A DNA stretch of 64,000 bases from Syntrophaceae bacterium (GTDB taxonomy: Bacteria > Desulfobacterota > Syntrophia > Syntrophales > Smithellaceae): contig JAHDKI010000030.1 in assembly GCA_018436925.1 (NCBI GenBank), positions 2,598 through 66,597 on the forward strand, written 5' to 3'. Below the pieces are notes generated by a model. It saw only the letters and a list, made by a program, of their open reading frames with translations. It ran no database searches and was not told the origin of the DNA. The position numbers and the translations under genes were made by a program. Positions 29,312-42,211 of this stretch are shown here, piece after piece (position 1 is the stretch's first letter; every line of letters begins with the position of its first letter).

Positions 29312-30071
29312 AGACGTCTTTCATGTCCTTCGTGTAGACGCCCCGCGATTCGTAGATAAAAAGAGGCGGTTCCACTTTCAGTTCTTCCCGCGCGAAAAGC
29401 CTTCCTTCGGCCAGAACGAATTGCGCGGGCGACGAAGAATCGGAAAACACCAGCCTCATCCGTTTAGGTTCAATCCGGTGGCGCCGGAATTCGCAGACCA
29501 GGTGCGCCAGTCTCGAGGCGGGATAGATCGTGCAGACCCGTCCGGAGGGCTTGAGCACCTGCCGGGCCGCCGATAGAAACACGGGCAAAGATCCCAGAAT
29601 TTCGTGACGGGCGGCCGCTTTTTCTTCCTGCGGATTGATTCGGCCCGATTGCAGACGGCGATAGGGCGGATTGAAAATGACGGAATGAAAAGAGGCGGGT
29701 TTGAACAGCCGGCGGATGTCTTGCGCATCGCCTGCCACAATTTCCGCACGGTCCGACAGGCCATTGCTTTGCACATTGAGGCGGGCCAGAGCAGCCAGTT
29801 GCGGCTGGATCTCCAGCCCCGTCCAGCGGGCGCCCGGCCGGTTTCCGGCCATGACCAGCAAGATAATGCCGTTTCCGCAGCCGAGATCCAGATGGGATCC
29901 CCGGACCGGCGGCTTGGCAAAATGCGCAAGAATCAGCGAATCCAGATTGAACCGGTAGCCCCGGCGACTCTGGTGAATCACCAGCGCCCCGCCCAGAATC
30001 TCGTTGCACGTTTCATCCGTCAACATCGGCAGCCCCTCACCGGACAGGTTGTCCACATACGGCCAGCTCAT
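29271..30071 (-). CDS. SAM-dependent N6-adenine methyltransferase, tRNA1(Val) m6A37 (YfiC/TrmN6)-like
   Basis: SAM motif LDLGCGNGIILL and the catalytic NPPY tetrad (VIFNPPYRR). 266 aa. Its 3' end overlaps the convergent DUF721 gene by 41 nt. Confidence 0.75.
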   Translation of the reverse strand: MSWPYVDNLSGEGLPMLTDETCNEILGGALVIHQSRRGYRFNLDSLILAHFAKPPVRGSHLDLGCGNGIILLVMAGNRPGARWTGLEIQPQLAALARLNVQSNGLSDRAEIVAGDAQDIRRLFKPASFHSVIFNPPYRRLQSGRINPQEEKAAARHEILGSLPVFLSAARQVLKPSGRVCTIYPASRLAHLVCEFRRHRIEPKRMRLVFSDSSSPAQFVLAEGRLFAREELKVEPPLFIYESRGVYTKDMKDVFTGLAAPPDGASG

Positions 30072-30244
30072 GACACAGGCTTGGCCGCGAAATCAAGTTT
30101 TTTTGACGGCCTTCCGACGCCGCTCATTCGGCAACGACGCAAGCGCCGTCATTCAGCATTGACTTTCCCGCTGACTTCGGCTTATGAAACTCACCGCTTC
30201 CGGTCTGGTCCGGTTCACCGCCCTTAAACGAAAGGAAAAATATC

Positions 30245-30514
30245 ATGGCCTCAAAATCCTCCAAAAGCCCTGTTTGGATTCTTGCCGCCATCGGCTTTGT
30301 CATAGGCGGCCTGGCGGGTTTTCTCTTCCGTCCTTCAGCGTTTCTCATCGGCCAGCTGCCCTTCGACGTGGTCATCACGCGCGGCATCTTTCTGCAGGGC
30401 ATGGATCGCGTGATGGTCGGCCTGGCACAGTCCTCCTTCAACCAGATGCTTGTCATCGCCTGCATCGGCGCGGCCGTCGGTCTGGCCCTGGGATCCCTCA
30501 TTGCCAGAAGATGA
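30245..30514 (+). CDS. Small membrane protein of unknown function
   Basis: AGGA lies 9 nt upstream of the ATG. Two clear TM segments (VWILAAIGFVIGGLAGFLF, MLVIACIGAAVGLALGSLI). The overlapping minus-strand ORF looks less protein-like. Confidence 0.5.
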   Translation: MASKSSKSPVWILAAIGFVIGGLAGFLFRPSAFLIGQLPFDVVITRGIFLQGMDRVMVGLAQSSFNQMLVIACIGAAVGLALGSLIARR

Positions 30515-30800
30515 CTCGCGGCGGTTCCTGAAAACAAAACCGCATCGCACATCGAGCGGGGAAAGGCCCGCGGCGTTTCCGAATTTCAATTGACACGCCG
30601 GGTCGAATCTCCTATACTTTCCGCCACAAAACCAAACGGCTTTTTGAAACATCCACGCTTTAACATCAACGGGAACGATTTCAAATGGGCAGAATCGATC
30701 CCCCGGCTGAACACCGCCCAGGCGCCGTTGCCCATCCGCGGCGGACATCCAGGCCTTCTTAGGCCGCGTCGGCGCGGTTTTGGAAAAGAGACGTCATTGC

Positions 30801-33826
<3,026 letters not shown>

Positions 33827-33830
<4 letters not shown>

Positions 33831-34312
33831 AAACAGACACTTTAATGCAGACCATCCTCATTATTGACGATGAAGTCACCAATATCAACGTCCTCAACGA
33901 ACTGCTGCAATCGCAGTATCATGTCCTGTTTGCCAAAGACGGCAAAACGGGACTGAAAATCGCCCACTCTACCACTCCGCCGGATCTGATTTTGCTCGAC
34001 ATCATCATGCCGGAGATCGACGGATATGAAGTGGCCCGGCTTTTGAAAAGCGACGAAAGCACCAGCAAGATCCCCGTCATTTTCATCACGGCCAAAGGCG
34101 AGGAAGAGGATCAGGCCAAAGGATTCCGGATCGGCGCGGTGGATTATATCACCAAGCCCTTCAGTCCGGTGGTCGTCAAGGCCCGCGTGAAAGCGCATCT
34201 GGAGCTCAAAAGACATCGGGATTTTCTGGAATGGATGCTCAAGGAACGCACCAAAGAACTTCATCAGATGGAAAAAGAGTATCTCAATTTATTTTACCGC
34301 AAAGGAAGATGA
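33827..34312 (+). CDS. Single-domain response regulator with short C-terminal helix
   Basis: ILIIDDE...DLILLDIIMPEIDG...FITAKG...KPF receiver motifs. TTG 33827 is preceded by AGGAGGA and overlaps the kinase stop; ATG 33845 is an alternative start. Confidence 0.8.
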
Positions 34313-34487
34313 CGCGCTTCGTCCACCGGCGTTCATGGCTTTTCAACCCGATGGCCCCTTTTCGCCGGCGGAGGATTCTTGATCAGCCGCGCCGGTTCAA
34401 TTTTTTTCGACCGCAAAAGCTTGGCGATGTCTTTTTGCCTGCGTGTGGTTTTCTGTCCGGTCATAATTGCTCCCTCCATCGAGCCGG

Positions 34488-34778
34488 TCAGATGCATTCC
34501 TCAAGCGGAATCGTAAAAGCGCGCAGGCCGGATCGGGGATGCTGGGCTTTGAGGCGGTTGGCCAGATGGCACAACCTGGGAATCTCCTCGTCAGGCACGG
34601 CCAAAAACAGCGCATTGTTTTTTCCCGGCCAGACATGCGTGCCGAGTTTCGGCTCCGTTTCCTCCCCTTCCCCCATCGCGCCCGACATCTTGGTGTAGTT
34701 GCGGAAGCCTTCCTGTTTGAAGGCGGCAAGAATGCTTTCATCCGTCGCCTCCGCGTAGATCACAAAAAACATTTTCAT
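34488..34778 (-). CDS. Small P-II-like transporter-associated protein (DUF3240 / PG0541-type)
   Basis: 96 aa, and the last gene of the RND operon (21 nt after the pump stop). The beta-alpha-beta pattern MFFVIYAEATDESILAAFKQEGFRNYTKM...ALFLAVPDEE resembles the small proteins commonly linked to RND pumps, identified from memory. Confidence 0.6.
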   Translation of the reverse strand: MKMFFVIYAEATDESILAAFKQEGFRNYTKMSGAMGEGEETEPKLGTHVWPGKNNALFLAVPDEEIPRLCHLANRLKAQHPRSGLRAFTIPLEECI

Positions 34779-34799
34779 GGCAACTCCTCCCGCCGGATT

Positions 34800-37700
34800 T
34801 CACGGAGGCGCTTTCCGATCTCCGGTCTTTTTCCCGTTTTTGAACCGTTCAATCCATTCATCGAAGATATCGTACGCGGCCGGAACGACCACCAGCGTCA
34901 AGACGAGCGACGTCAGCAGGCCTCCGATCACCGCAATGCCCATGGGCGCTCGGGTTTCCGCCCCTTCCCCGACCGCGAGCGCGATCGGCAGCATGCCGAA
35001 AATCATCGCAAACGTCGTCATGAGAATCGGCCGCATCCGGACGGGTCCGGCCTGCAGAATGGCATCGCGCCGCGAAAGCCCCCGCGCGCGCAGCACATTG
35101 GTGTAGTCCACCAGCAAAATGGCGTTTTTCTTGACAAGGCCCATGAGCAAAATCAGCCCGATCAGGCTGAAGATGTTGAGCGTCTTGCCCGTCAGGAAAA
35201 GCGCGCCGAACGCGCCGATGAAAGACAGCGGCATCGACAAGAGCACCGTGATCGGATGGACGAAACTCTCGAACTGGGAGGCGAGAATCATATAGGCCAT
35301 CACGATTCCCAGAAGAAGGGCAAACAGCAGATAGACGAACGATTCCTTCATCACGTCCGCCATGCCCAGCGACTTGGTCAGATAATCCGGCGGCAGCACG
35401 CGCGCCGTGATGGCTTCCAGCTCGGCCTGCGCCTGGCCCAGAGGCTTATCTTCCAGATTGGCAAAGATCGTCACCGCGCGCTGGCGGTCCACGCGGTTGA
35501 TGACGCTGGGACCGCTGCCTTCTTCAATCGTCACCACGTTGGCCAGTTCAACGAGTTTGCCGTCGCGGGCGCGCACATGAATGCGCTCAAGCGATCCGGC
35601 GCTGTTTCGATCTTCGGGGTCAAGCCGGACGCGGATATCGTAGCGTTTGCCTTTGGCTTCATCCTTGAAGCGGCCCACGTCCAACTCACCGCTCACCAGA
35701 AGATTCACCGCCTCGGCGATTGCGGCCGCATCGACGCCCAGAGAGGCCGCCCGGTCGCGGTCGATATAGACCTTGAATTCGGGCTTCCCGACTTCCAGCG
35801 ATGTGTCCACATCCACAATTCCCGGAAGTTTGGAAAACTCGGCGCTGATCTGCCGGGCATAGGTCTGCAGAGCCTCGATATTCTGTCCTCGGATGCTGAA
35901 CTGAATCGGCACCTGGCGCTGGCCGCCGCGGACGACCGTAATATCCTCGGCGGACACCTTCAGCCCGGCGATCTCTCTCAATTTGAGACGCGCGATTTTC
36001 TTAATATCTTCCTGGCTGTTTTTGCGCTGCTTCTTCGGAATGAGATTGACGATCATCAGCGAGCGGTTCGCATAGTTGCCGTACCCTTGAACAAAATACA
36101 CGGACTTGACTTCCGGAATGTTCCGGATCAAATCCTCCGTGCCGGCCAGATGTCTTTCCACTTGCTCGACCGAATAGTCGATCGGCGATTCCATCCGGAT
36201 CATGAAAATGCCCTGGTCCTCGGGCGGAACGAATTCCTTTCCCAGCCCGAACGCCATGATGAGAAGGCTCGCCAGAAAGACCGCCAGCGCTCCGCCCAGC
36301 ATCGTTTTTCGGTACTGCAGGGAAAACCCCAAAACGTGTCGGTACAACGCCTCAAGCCGGGCATAAGAGCGATCCAAAACATCGCCCGCCTGATGCACAA
36401 GGTCTTTGATGGTCGAGCGCTTCATGCCCCTGGCGGAGGAAATCGTCCCCAAAGGATTGGGAACGACGTTTCGGCGGGCCTTCAAAAAAATCGACGCCAT
36501 CATGGGCGTCAGCGTAAATGAAACCAGCAGGGACACCAAAACGGCAAACACGATTGTGAGCGCGAACTGCAAAAAGAACCGGCCGATAATGCCTTTCATA
36601 AAAGCGACCGGCAGAAAGATGGCGACAATGGCGAAAGTTGTCGCCATGACGGCCAGGCCGATCTCGGAGGTGGCAAAGGTCGCCGCCTCCCGGGGCGCCA
36701 TCCCCTCTTCGACATGGCGATAGATGTTTTCGATGACGATGATCGCGTCGTCGATGAGCAACCCCACCGACAGCGTCAAGGCCAGCATCGTCATATTGTT
36801 GAACGTAAAGCCGAACGCATTGATGACGGCAAACGTCGAGATGACCGAAACCGGCAGCGCGACCGCGCTGATCAGCGTGGTGCGGATGTTCTTCAAAAAC
36901 AGAAAAACGGCCAGAATCGCAAAGAGGCTTCCCACAATCAGGTGAAATTGAACCTCCTTGATGGAGCGCTCAATGAAGAGCGACTGATCCATGGCGATGT
37001 TGATTTCCATCCCCGGCGGCAGGGTCTTTCTGATGCGCTCGACTTCCGCCTTCACGCGATGGGCCACTTCCACGGTATTCGTGCCGGACTGTTTCTGAAT
37101 CGCCATGCCGACGGCCGGAATGCCGTTGAACCGCGAATAGGAACGCCGCTCTTCAATGCTGTCTTCGGCGCGGCCGATATCGCGGATGCGCACCGGGGCG
37201 CCGCGGTAGTAGCTGACGATCAGATCGTTGAAATCCAAAACCGTTGGAAATTCGCCCTTGATGCGGACGGTGTATTCCTTGGTGGTCGTCTCGATGCGTC
37301 CGCCGGGCAGCTCGATGTTTTCTCGTTTGAGCGCGACGATCAGATCATTGGGCGCCACCTGGTAGGCGTGCATTTTGGAGGCATCGAGCCAAATGCGCAC
37401 CTGGCGGAGCCGCAAACCGTAAAAGATGACGTCTCCCACGCCGTTGATCCGCTGGAGCTGCTCCTTGAGAATTTCATCGGCATAAGTCGAAAGATCCCGC
37501 ACCGACCTCTGGCCGGAAAGATTCATCGTTAAAATCGGCGACGCGTCCGGATCGACCTTGGCGATGCGAGGCTCTTCGATATCCTCGGGCAAACGGTTCC
37601 GAATGCCCGACACTTTTTCCCGAACGTCCTGGACGGCCTGATCGATATCCCGCTCCAGAACGAATTCAATGGTCGTGCGCGACACGCTTTCAGTGCTCAC

Positions 37701-37946
37701 CGACGTGATGCCCTTCACGCCGTTGATCGTATTGACCGCGCCTTCGATGCGGTCGGTGACATCCACGTCCATGACTTCGGGGCTTGCGCCCTTAAGCGTG
37801 GTGGTAATGGTCACAATCGGGAAATCGACCTTGGGAAAAAGATCCACGCCGATGGAGGGGTAGCTGACCAGCCCCAGCACCACCAGAGCCAGAATCACCA
37901 TCGTGGCGAAAACAGGGCGTTTGACGGAGGTTTCAGCGAGCCACAT
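34800..37946 (-). CDS. RND efflux transporter permease (AcrB/CzcA superfamily)
   Basis: ATG 37946 lies 9 nt after AAGGAG; the listed TTG 37985 is less likely. The N-terminus SVKRPVFATMVILALVVLG is typical. 12-TM architecture with two large periplasmic loops. Confidence 0.9.
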   Translation of the reverse strand: MWLAETSVKRPVFATMVILALVVLGLVSYPSIGVDLFPKVDFPIVTITTTLKGASPEVMDVDVTDRIEGAVNTINGVKGITSVSTESVSRTTIEFVLERDIDQAVQDVREKVSGIRNRLPEDIEEPRIAKVDPDASPILTMNLSGQRSVRDLSTYADEILKEQLQRINGVGDVIFYGLRLRQVRIWLDASKMHAYQVAPNDLIVALKRENIELPGGRIETTTKEYTVRIKGEFPTVLDFNDLIVSYYRGAPVRIRDIGRAEDSIEERRSYSRFNGIPAVGMAIQKQSGTNTVEVAHRVKAEVERIRKTLPPGMEINIAMDQSLFIERSIKEVQFHLIVGSLFAILAVFLFLKNIRTTLISAVALPVSVISTFAVINAFGFTFNNMTMLALTLSVGLLIDDAIIVIENIYRHVEEGMAPREAATFATSEIGLAVMATTFAIVAIFLPVAFMKGIIGRFFLQFALTIVFAVLVSLLVSFTLTPMMASIFLKARRNVVPNPLGTISSARGMKRSTIKDLVHQAGDVLDRSYARLEALYRHVLGFSLQYRKTMLGGALAVFLASLLIMAFGLGKEFVPPEDQGIFMIRMESPIDYSVEQVERHLAGTEDLIRNIPEVKSVYFVQGYGNYANRSLMIVNLIPKKQRKNSQEDIKKIARLKLREIAGLKVSAEDITVVRGGQRQVPIQFSIRGQNIEALQTYARQISAEFSKLPGIVDVDTSLEVGKPEFKVYIDRDRAASLGVDAAAIAEAVNLLVSGELDVGRFKDEAKGKRYDIRVRLDPEDRNSAGSLERIHVRARDGKLVELANVVTIEEGSGPSVINRVDRQRAVTIFANLEDKPLGQAQAELEAITARVLPPDYLTKSLGMADVMKESFVYLLFALLLGIVMAYMILASQFESFVHPITVLLSMPLSFIGAFGALFLTGKTLNIFSLIGLILLMGLVKKNAILLVDYTNVLRARGLSRRDAILQAGPVRMRPILMTTFAMIFGMLPIALAVGEGAETRAPMGIAVIGGLLTSLVLTLVVVPAAYDIFDEWIERFKNGKKTGDRKAPP

Positions 37947-39123
37947 GGAGTTTGACTCCTTCCGACAGGTTGCTCTGTCCGACAACGACCACCTGCTCGC
38001 CTTCAGACAGCCCGCCCGTCACTTCCACAACCTCGCCGAAACGGCCGCCGGTTTGAATGATGCGTTCACGCGCCGTGTCGCCTTGGGCGACAAAAACGCG
38101 AACCGTTTGGCCGTCATAAAGCAGAGACGTCACCGGAATCACCACCGCATCATAAGGTTTCCCGGTTTGAATCCGCACGCGGGCAAACTGTCCGGGCCTC
38201 AGCGACCGATCGGTGTTGGGGACCACAGCCTCGGCCTGAAGCGTTCGGGTGCGCTCCTCCAGATGGGGATACAACAGACTGACCCGTCCGGTAAAAGCGG
38301 TCTCACCTGCCGCATCGACCGTGAAGGACACGGTCTGACCGATCTTCAACAGGGCGATATCCTTTTCGGCAACCGTGAAAACCAATTTGAGCGGATCGGT
38401 TTTGATCAACTGCATCATCGGGACGGAGTTGCGCACATAGTCGCCGGCATTGACTTTCTTTTCTTTGACCGCGCCGTTAAGCGGCGAATGGATTCGCGTG
38501 CGCGCCAGACGCTCCCGCGCGATGGCGGCCGTCGCCTGCGCCCGCGCCAGCTCGGCCTCGGCCAGCGCCAGACGCGTAGTCACATCGTCATACTGTTGCT
38601 TCGTGATAAGCTCTTCGGCATATAAAGCCCCTTTGCGGGCGTACTCGGAACGGGCATTGGCCAGCGAGGCCTCAGCCTGCTTTAAAGCCGCCTCGGCGCG
38701 CGTCAGATCCAGTCGATAATCCGTATCCCGGATTTCGGCCAGAAGCTGCCCCCGGGAAACCACATCCCCTTCATCCACGAAAATGGATTGAATGATGCCC
38801 TCCACCTCGGAGCTCACCGTGACTTCGCGGTCCGCCCGCAGGGTGCCGGTTGATTCAAGATAGGGGGCAACGCGCAATCGCTGCGCTGCCCGAACGCGGA
38901 CGTTGACCCGCCGCTCGGGCTCCGCCGGTTTCTCTCCTTTGATGCGCGACACGATTTTCTTCCAAAACGGCGGGGAGGACGCCTTTTGAGAATCGCCGGA
39001 TGAATCCGCGCACGATATCAACAGCAGACACATCACCGCCAGGCCCAAAGAGGCCAATCGGCCCAATGTCCTGCCGGACTTCCAGTGTGAAAATTGCATC
39101 CTCTGACTTGCCGCTTTCCCCAT
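37933..39123 (-). CDS. RND efflux periplasmic adaptor (membrane fusion protein), lipoprotein
   Basis: GGAG RBS lies before ATG 39123. Lipobox LLISC. Contains the barrel-sandwich hybrid, coiled-coil hairpin (LDLTRAEAALKQAEASLANARSEYARK) and beta-barrel domains. Overlaps the pump start by 14 nt. Confidence 0.85.
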   Translation of the reverse strand: MGKAASQRMQFSHWKSGRTLGRLASLGLAVMCLLLISCADSSGDSQKASSPPFWKKIVSRIKGEKPAEPERRVNVRVRAAQRLRVAPYLESTGTLRADREVTVSSEVEGIIQSIFVDEGDVVSRGQLLAEIRDTDYRLDLTRAEAALKQAEASLANARSEYARKGALYAEELITKQQYDDVTTRLALAEAELARAQATAAIARERLARTRIHSPLNGAVKEKKVNAGDYVRNSVPMMQLIKTDPLKLVFTVAEKDIALLKIGQTVSFTVDAAGETAFTGRVSLLYPHLEERTRTLQAEAVVPNTDRSLRPGQFARVRIQTGKPYDAVVIPVTSLLYDGQTVRVFVAQGDTARERIIQTGGRFGEVVEVTGGLSEGEQVVVVGQSNLSEGVKLHVAR

Positions 39124-39152
39124 GAAGCTCTCCCCTCCCGCGACTGCGCTCG

Positions 39153-40454
39153 CTATTTTTCGATTCCGACATACTCCAGCAGCGTTCCGGCTGCGCGCCG
39201 CACGCTCAAATCCGCCAGACGGAAATTATATTGCGATTCCACGAGATTTTTTTCCGACGCCAGCAAAAGCGAATTGGCATCCATCACGTCCAGACTGGTC
39301 GCCAGACCGTTTTCGAACTGGCGCAACACCGCATTGTAATTATCCCGGGCAAAAGTCTCTTGATCCTCAAGATAATTCAGCGCGCCCTGCTGGGTTTCCA
39401 GTTCAAGACAGGCCCGCTGAAGTTCAATGTCGACCGTTTTTCGAAAATCTTCGTACATCAATCTGGCCTGTCGCTCGCGGGCTTTGGCCTCTCGAAGTTC
39501 GGCCAGGCGCAGCCCGCCTTCAAAAAACGGAAACGAAAGCGACACGCCGGCGACCAGACTCTCCCGATTCAGAGACGGGGTCGGATTATCCTGGTCGGCG
39601 CGGTTGTACACCGCGAAAAGCCCCAGACTGGGCCAGAACGCGCCGCGCGCGAAGGTCACCTGACGGCCGGCAATCTGCGTCTGCACATCGTAGCTCTGCA
39701 AATCCGGCCGCGAGGACATCGCCGTCTGCCGCATCCTTCCGAGATCGCAAGACGCATCCGGCGTCGTGTTTTCTTCAACCAGACGAAACGCCTCGTCGAT
39801 GCCCGTCAGGCGAACAAGCGCCGCACGGGACAGGCGAAGCGCGTTGGTCGCCCGCAAAAAGTCCGCGCGCGCCCCGGACAGCTCGCCCTCCGCGCGCAAA
39901 AGCGCCGTGCGGGTCAGCTCTCCCACCTGAACCCTTTTGGCCACCGACTGACGGTAATGCGTCAGTCGTTCCAGGTTGGCCGCCGTAATCTCCAGGGTTT
40001 TTTTGGTCTTGAGCACATCGAAATAGGCCGACGCCACGGCCAGAACGAAATCCGATCGGGCCGCGGCAAGATCGTATTCGCTTTTGACGACGGATTGTCC
40101 GGCGATGGCAAGCGCGTCGAGTTCGCGCGCGGAAAGCGAAAACCCCTGGTCCGCGCGAAGGCCCCACGTCCCCGACTCGCGCGGCTGAATCAGCGTTCCC
40201 GCGTCCGTGCGCTTTTGTTCGGAATAAAGATTGTAGGTTCCGAAAGCGGTCAGACGGGGCATGAGAAGCGACATCGCCTTGCCCCGCCCGGTCTGGGCGA
40301 TTGCGACATTCTCCCGGGCCAGTTCCATCTTTTCGGAATGAATGAGCGCTTCGCGATAGACGTCAGCCAGCGTATAGTCCCGCGCCGGCGCCGGCGTCGC
40401 CGGAGCGGCCAAAAGCAGCATCACGATTCCAAAGCAGAAAAAGTATTTTCTCAT
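39153..40454 (-). CDS. TolC-family outer membrane efflux protein
   Basis: ATG 40454 lies about 9 nt after GAGG and gives the signal peptide MRKYFFCFGIVMLLLAAPATPAPA. Two OEP repeats with the typical YREALIHSEKMELAREN and coiled-coil pattern. Confidence 0.85.
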   Translation of the reverse strand: MRKYFFCFGIVMLLLAAPATPAPARDYTLADVYREALIHSEKMELARENVAIAQTGRGKAMSLLMPRLTAFGTYNLYSEQKRTDAGTLIQPRESGTWGLRADQGFSLSARELDALAIAGQSVVKSEYDLAAARSDFVLAVASAYFDVLKTKKTLEITAANLERLTHYRQSVAKRVQVGELTRTALLRAEGELSGARADFLRATNALRLSRAALVRLTGIDEAFRLVEENTTPDASCDLGRMRQTAMSSRPDLQSYDVQTQIAGRQVTFARGAFWPSLGLFAVYNRADQDNPTPSLNRESLVAGVSLSFPFFEGGLRLAELREAKARERQARLMYEDFRKTVDIELQRACLELETQQGALNYLEDQETFARDNYNAVLRQFENGLATSLDVMDANSLLLASEKNLVESQYNFRLADLSVRRAAGTLLEYVGIEK

Positions 40455-40477
40455 CTGTGACATCCTCGGTTGGTTGA

Positions 40478-41131
40478 TCACTCGGGCCGCCTGCGACAGA
40501 CGCGTCGGGGTTCGGCATCGGCACCGGCGGCCTGTTTGACGCCGTGCAGAAATATATCGAGAATCACGTCCTTTTTGGCCGACAACGAGGTCTTTGAGGA
40601 AACCAAAAGCCAATGAACGGAAACGGATCGCAGAATATGGATGAGCGCGCCGGCCATTTCTTCCGGGGGGAGGCGCCGAAGCACGCCCTTTTTGACGCCG
40701 TCTTTGATCAGCCGCTCGATCAAAGCCAGCTGCCGGAAGTAATCCTCATAGATCACCTCCCGGACCGGCGACATCGCGTCGGTTTCGCCGCGCACGAAAA
40801 TGCGGCAGAAGTCTCTGTTTTCCTCGACGAACCGAAGCTGCGAGGCGACCAGCGCGTCAATCCGGCCGATCGGATCGGAGGCCTCCCCCACGGCGGCGCG
40901 GATCGTTTCGTACAAAACGCCGAGTTTCTCGCTGATCAGGCTCCGGTAGAGGTGTTGCTTGCCTTCAAAAAAACGGTACAAAAAACCGGTGGAAAAACCG
41001 GCGGCGGCGGCGATTTCCGCCACCGTCACCTGGTGATAGCCCCGCGCGGAAAAGATTTTTTCGGCTTCCTCTAAAATGGCGGCGCGCCGCATCTGATATT
41101 CGCGCTCCTTGCGCTGGGTTTTCCGGGTCAC
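40478..41131 (-). CDS. TetR/AcrR family transcriptional repressor
   Basis: GTG 41131 lies 5 nt after GGAGGA. The HTH is ILEEAEKIFSARGYHQVTVAEIAAAAGFSTGFLYRFFEGK. It is the first gene of the efflux operon. Confidence 0.85.
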   Translation of the reverse strand: MTRKTQRKEREYQMRRAAILEEAEKIFSARGYHQVTVAEIAAAAGFSTGFLYRFFEGKQHLYRSLISEKLGVLYETIRAAVGEASDPIGRIDALVASQLRFVEENRDFCRIFVRGETDAMSPVREVIYEDYFRQLALIERLIKDGVKKGVLRRLPPEEMAGALIHILRSVSVHWLLVSSKTSLSAKKDVILDIFLHGVKQAAGADAEPRRVCRRRPE

Positions 41132-41141
41132 GTCGTCCTCC

Positions 41142-41176
41142 GTGAATGGCGATTCACATCGTGAACGACCGTTCAC
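41142..41176. promoter_or_regulatory. Two tandem 16-bp perfect palindromes, candidate TetR operators
   Basis: GTGAAT-GGCG-ATTCAC (41142-41157) and GTGAAC-GACC-GTTCAC (41161-41176), 3 bp apart, sit immediately upstream of the tetR RBS. A perfect TTGACA lies on the minus strand at 41197-41192. Confidence 0.5.
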
Positions 41177-41247
41177 ATAAAAGGACTGCTTTGTCAAGAT
41201 GATTCCTGTTCGCGCATCGACGCGCTTGCAGCCGGGCAGGAATCCTG

Positions 41248-41276
41248 TTGAAAACGCCTCTGGAATATGCGATAAA
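41248..41276 (+). promoter_or_regulatory. Candidate sigma70 promoter of the HDOD operon
   Basis: TTGAAA (41248-41253), a 17-nt spacer, then GATAAA (41271-41276), about 43 nt upstream of the ATG at 41319. Confidence 0.3.
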
Positions 41277-41318
41277 AACCGCACTGAAAAAAAAACATCG
41301 ATCCGTCAAGGCTGATCC

Positions 41319-42176
41319 ATGAAAACGACCTTCGCCCCCATTCCGGATATCGTCGCGGACATCCCCTCACTGCCGGTGGTCGCAACGCGCATCTTGCAGA
41401 TCATCGCCGACGAAGCCGCTTCGCTTTTAGAGCTCAAAAAAGTCATCGCGCTGGACCAGTCGTTTTCCGCCAGGTTGCTTCGCGTCGCCAATTCCCCGTA
41501 TTACCGGGCGCAAAAAACCATTTCGGACATCACCGACGCCATCGCCCGAATCGGGTTAACGACCGTTCAGGCGCTCATCTTCGCCGTTTCCTTAAGAGAT
41601 TTGCGCCGCTCGGCCGACCGGCTCGACCGGATGATATGGGAACACAATCTGGGCGTGTCCGTCGCCTCACAGCTGGTCGCCCGCACCGCCGGATTTCCGG
41701 GCATGGCGGACATCGCAGTGCACGGGCTTTTGCACGACATCGGCAAGGTTTTTCTCAACCTTCTGGATAAACACCGCTACGCGGATGTCATCGAGGAGGT
41801 CGACAACAAAGAGATCCCTTTCTTCGAGGCGGAGCAAAGGGTGTTCGGCTATGATCACGCGGACATGGGCCGCCATGTGGCCAAATACTGGATGCTGCCC
41901 GAGGCGCTGGTCTTTACGATTGCCAACCATCATGAACCGGATCTTTTGGACATGAAAGACGCGGGACTCAAGCGCAAAGCGCTGGTCGTCAAAATCGCCG
42001 ACGCCATCTGTTCGGATGCCGGCATCGGCCTTTCAAGAAGCGGCGCTCCGACGGATGAGGAATGGCAGTATCTCAAGCTGCAAAACCCCAAAAAACGAGC
42101 GGCGCTTGCAGACGATATCCGCCGGGAATATGAAACCTATCGCGATTTTGTCCTGGGCGCCCGTTCAAAATCGTAA
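41319..42176 (+). CDS. HDOD domain protein (HD-related output domain)
   Basis: LPSLPVVATRILQIIADEAASLLELKKVIALDQSFSARLLRVANSPYY ... GLLHDIGKVFL matches the HDOD signature. Confidence 0.8.
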   Translation: MKTTFAPIPDIVADIPSLPVVATRILQIIADEAASLLELKKVIALDQSFSARLLRVANSPYYRAQKTISDITDAIARIGLTTVQALIFAVSLRDLRRSADRLDRMIWEHNLGVSVASQLVARTAGFPGMADIAVHGLLHDIGKVFLNLLDKHRYADVIEEVDNKEIPFFEAEQRVFGYDHADMGRHVAKYWMLPEALVFTIANHHEPDLLDMKDAGLKRKALVVKIADAICSDAGIGLSRSGAPTDEEWQYLKLQNPKKRAALADDIRREYETYRDFVLGARSKS

Positions 42177-42211
42177 ACGGCCGGACGCGCAACCTGCCGG
42201 GAAAGGAATCG

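Noticed and set aside
34467-36521. 684-aa plus-strand ORF.
   Set aside because: It lies entirely antisense to the well-supported RND pump gene. The translation is an R/H/Q/G-rich low-complexity sequence without domains or RBS, which is a typical shadow ORF in GC-rich DNA.
39231-40460. 409-aa plus-strand ORF.
   Set aside because: It is antisense to the TolC-family gene, is Arg-rich and has no motifs.
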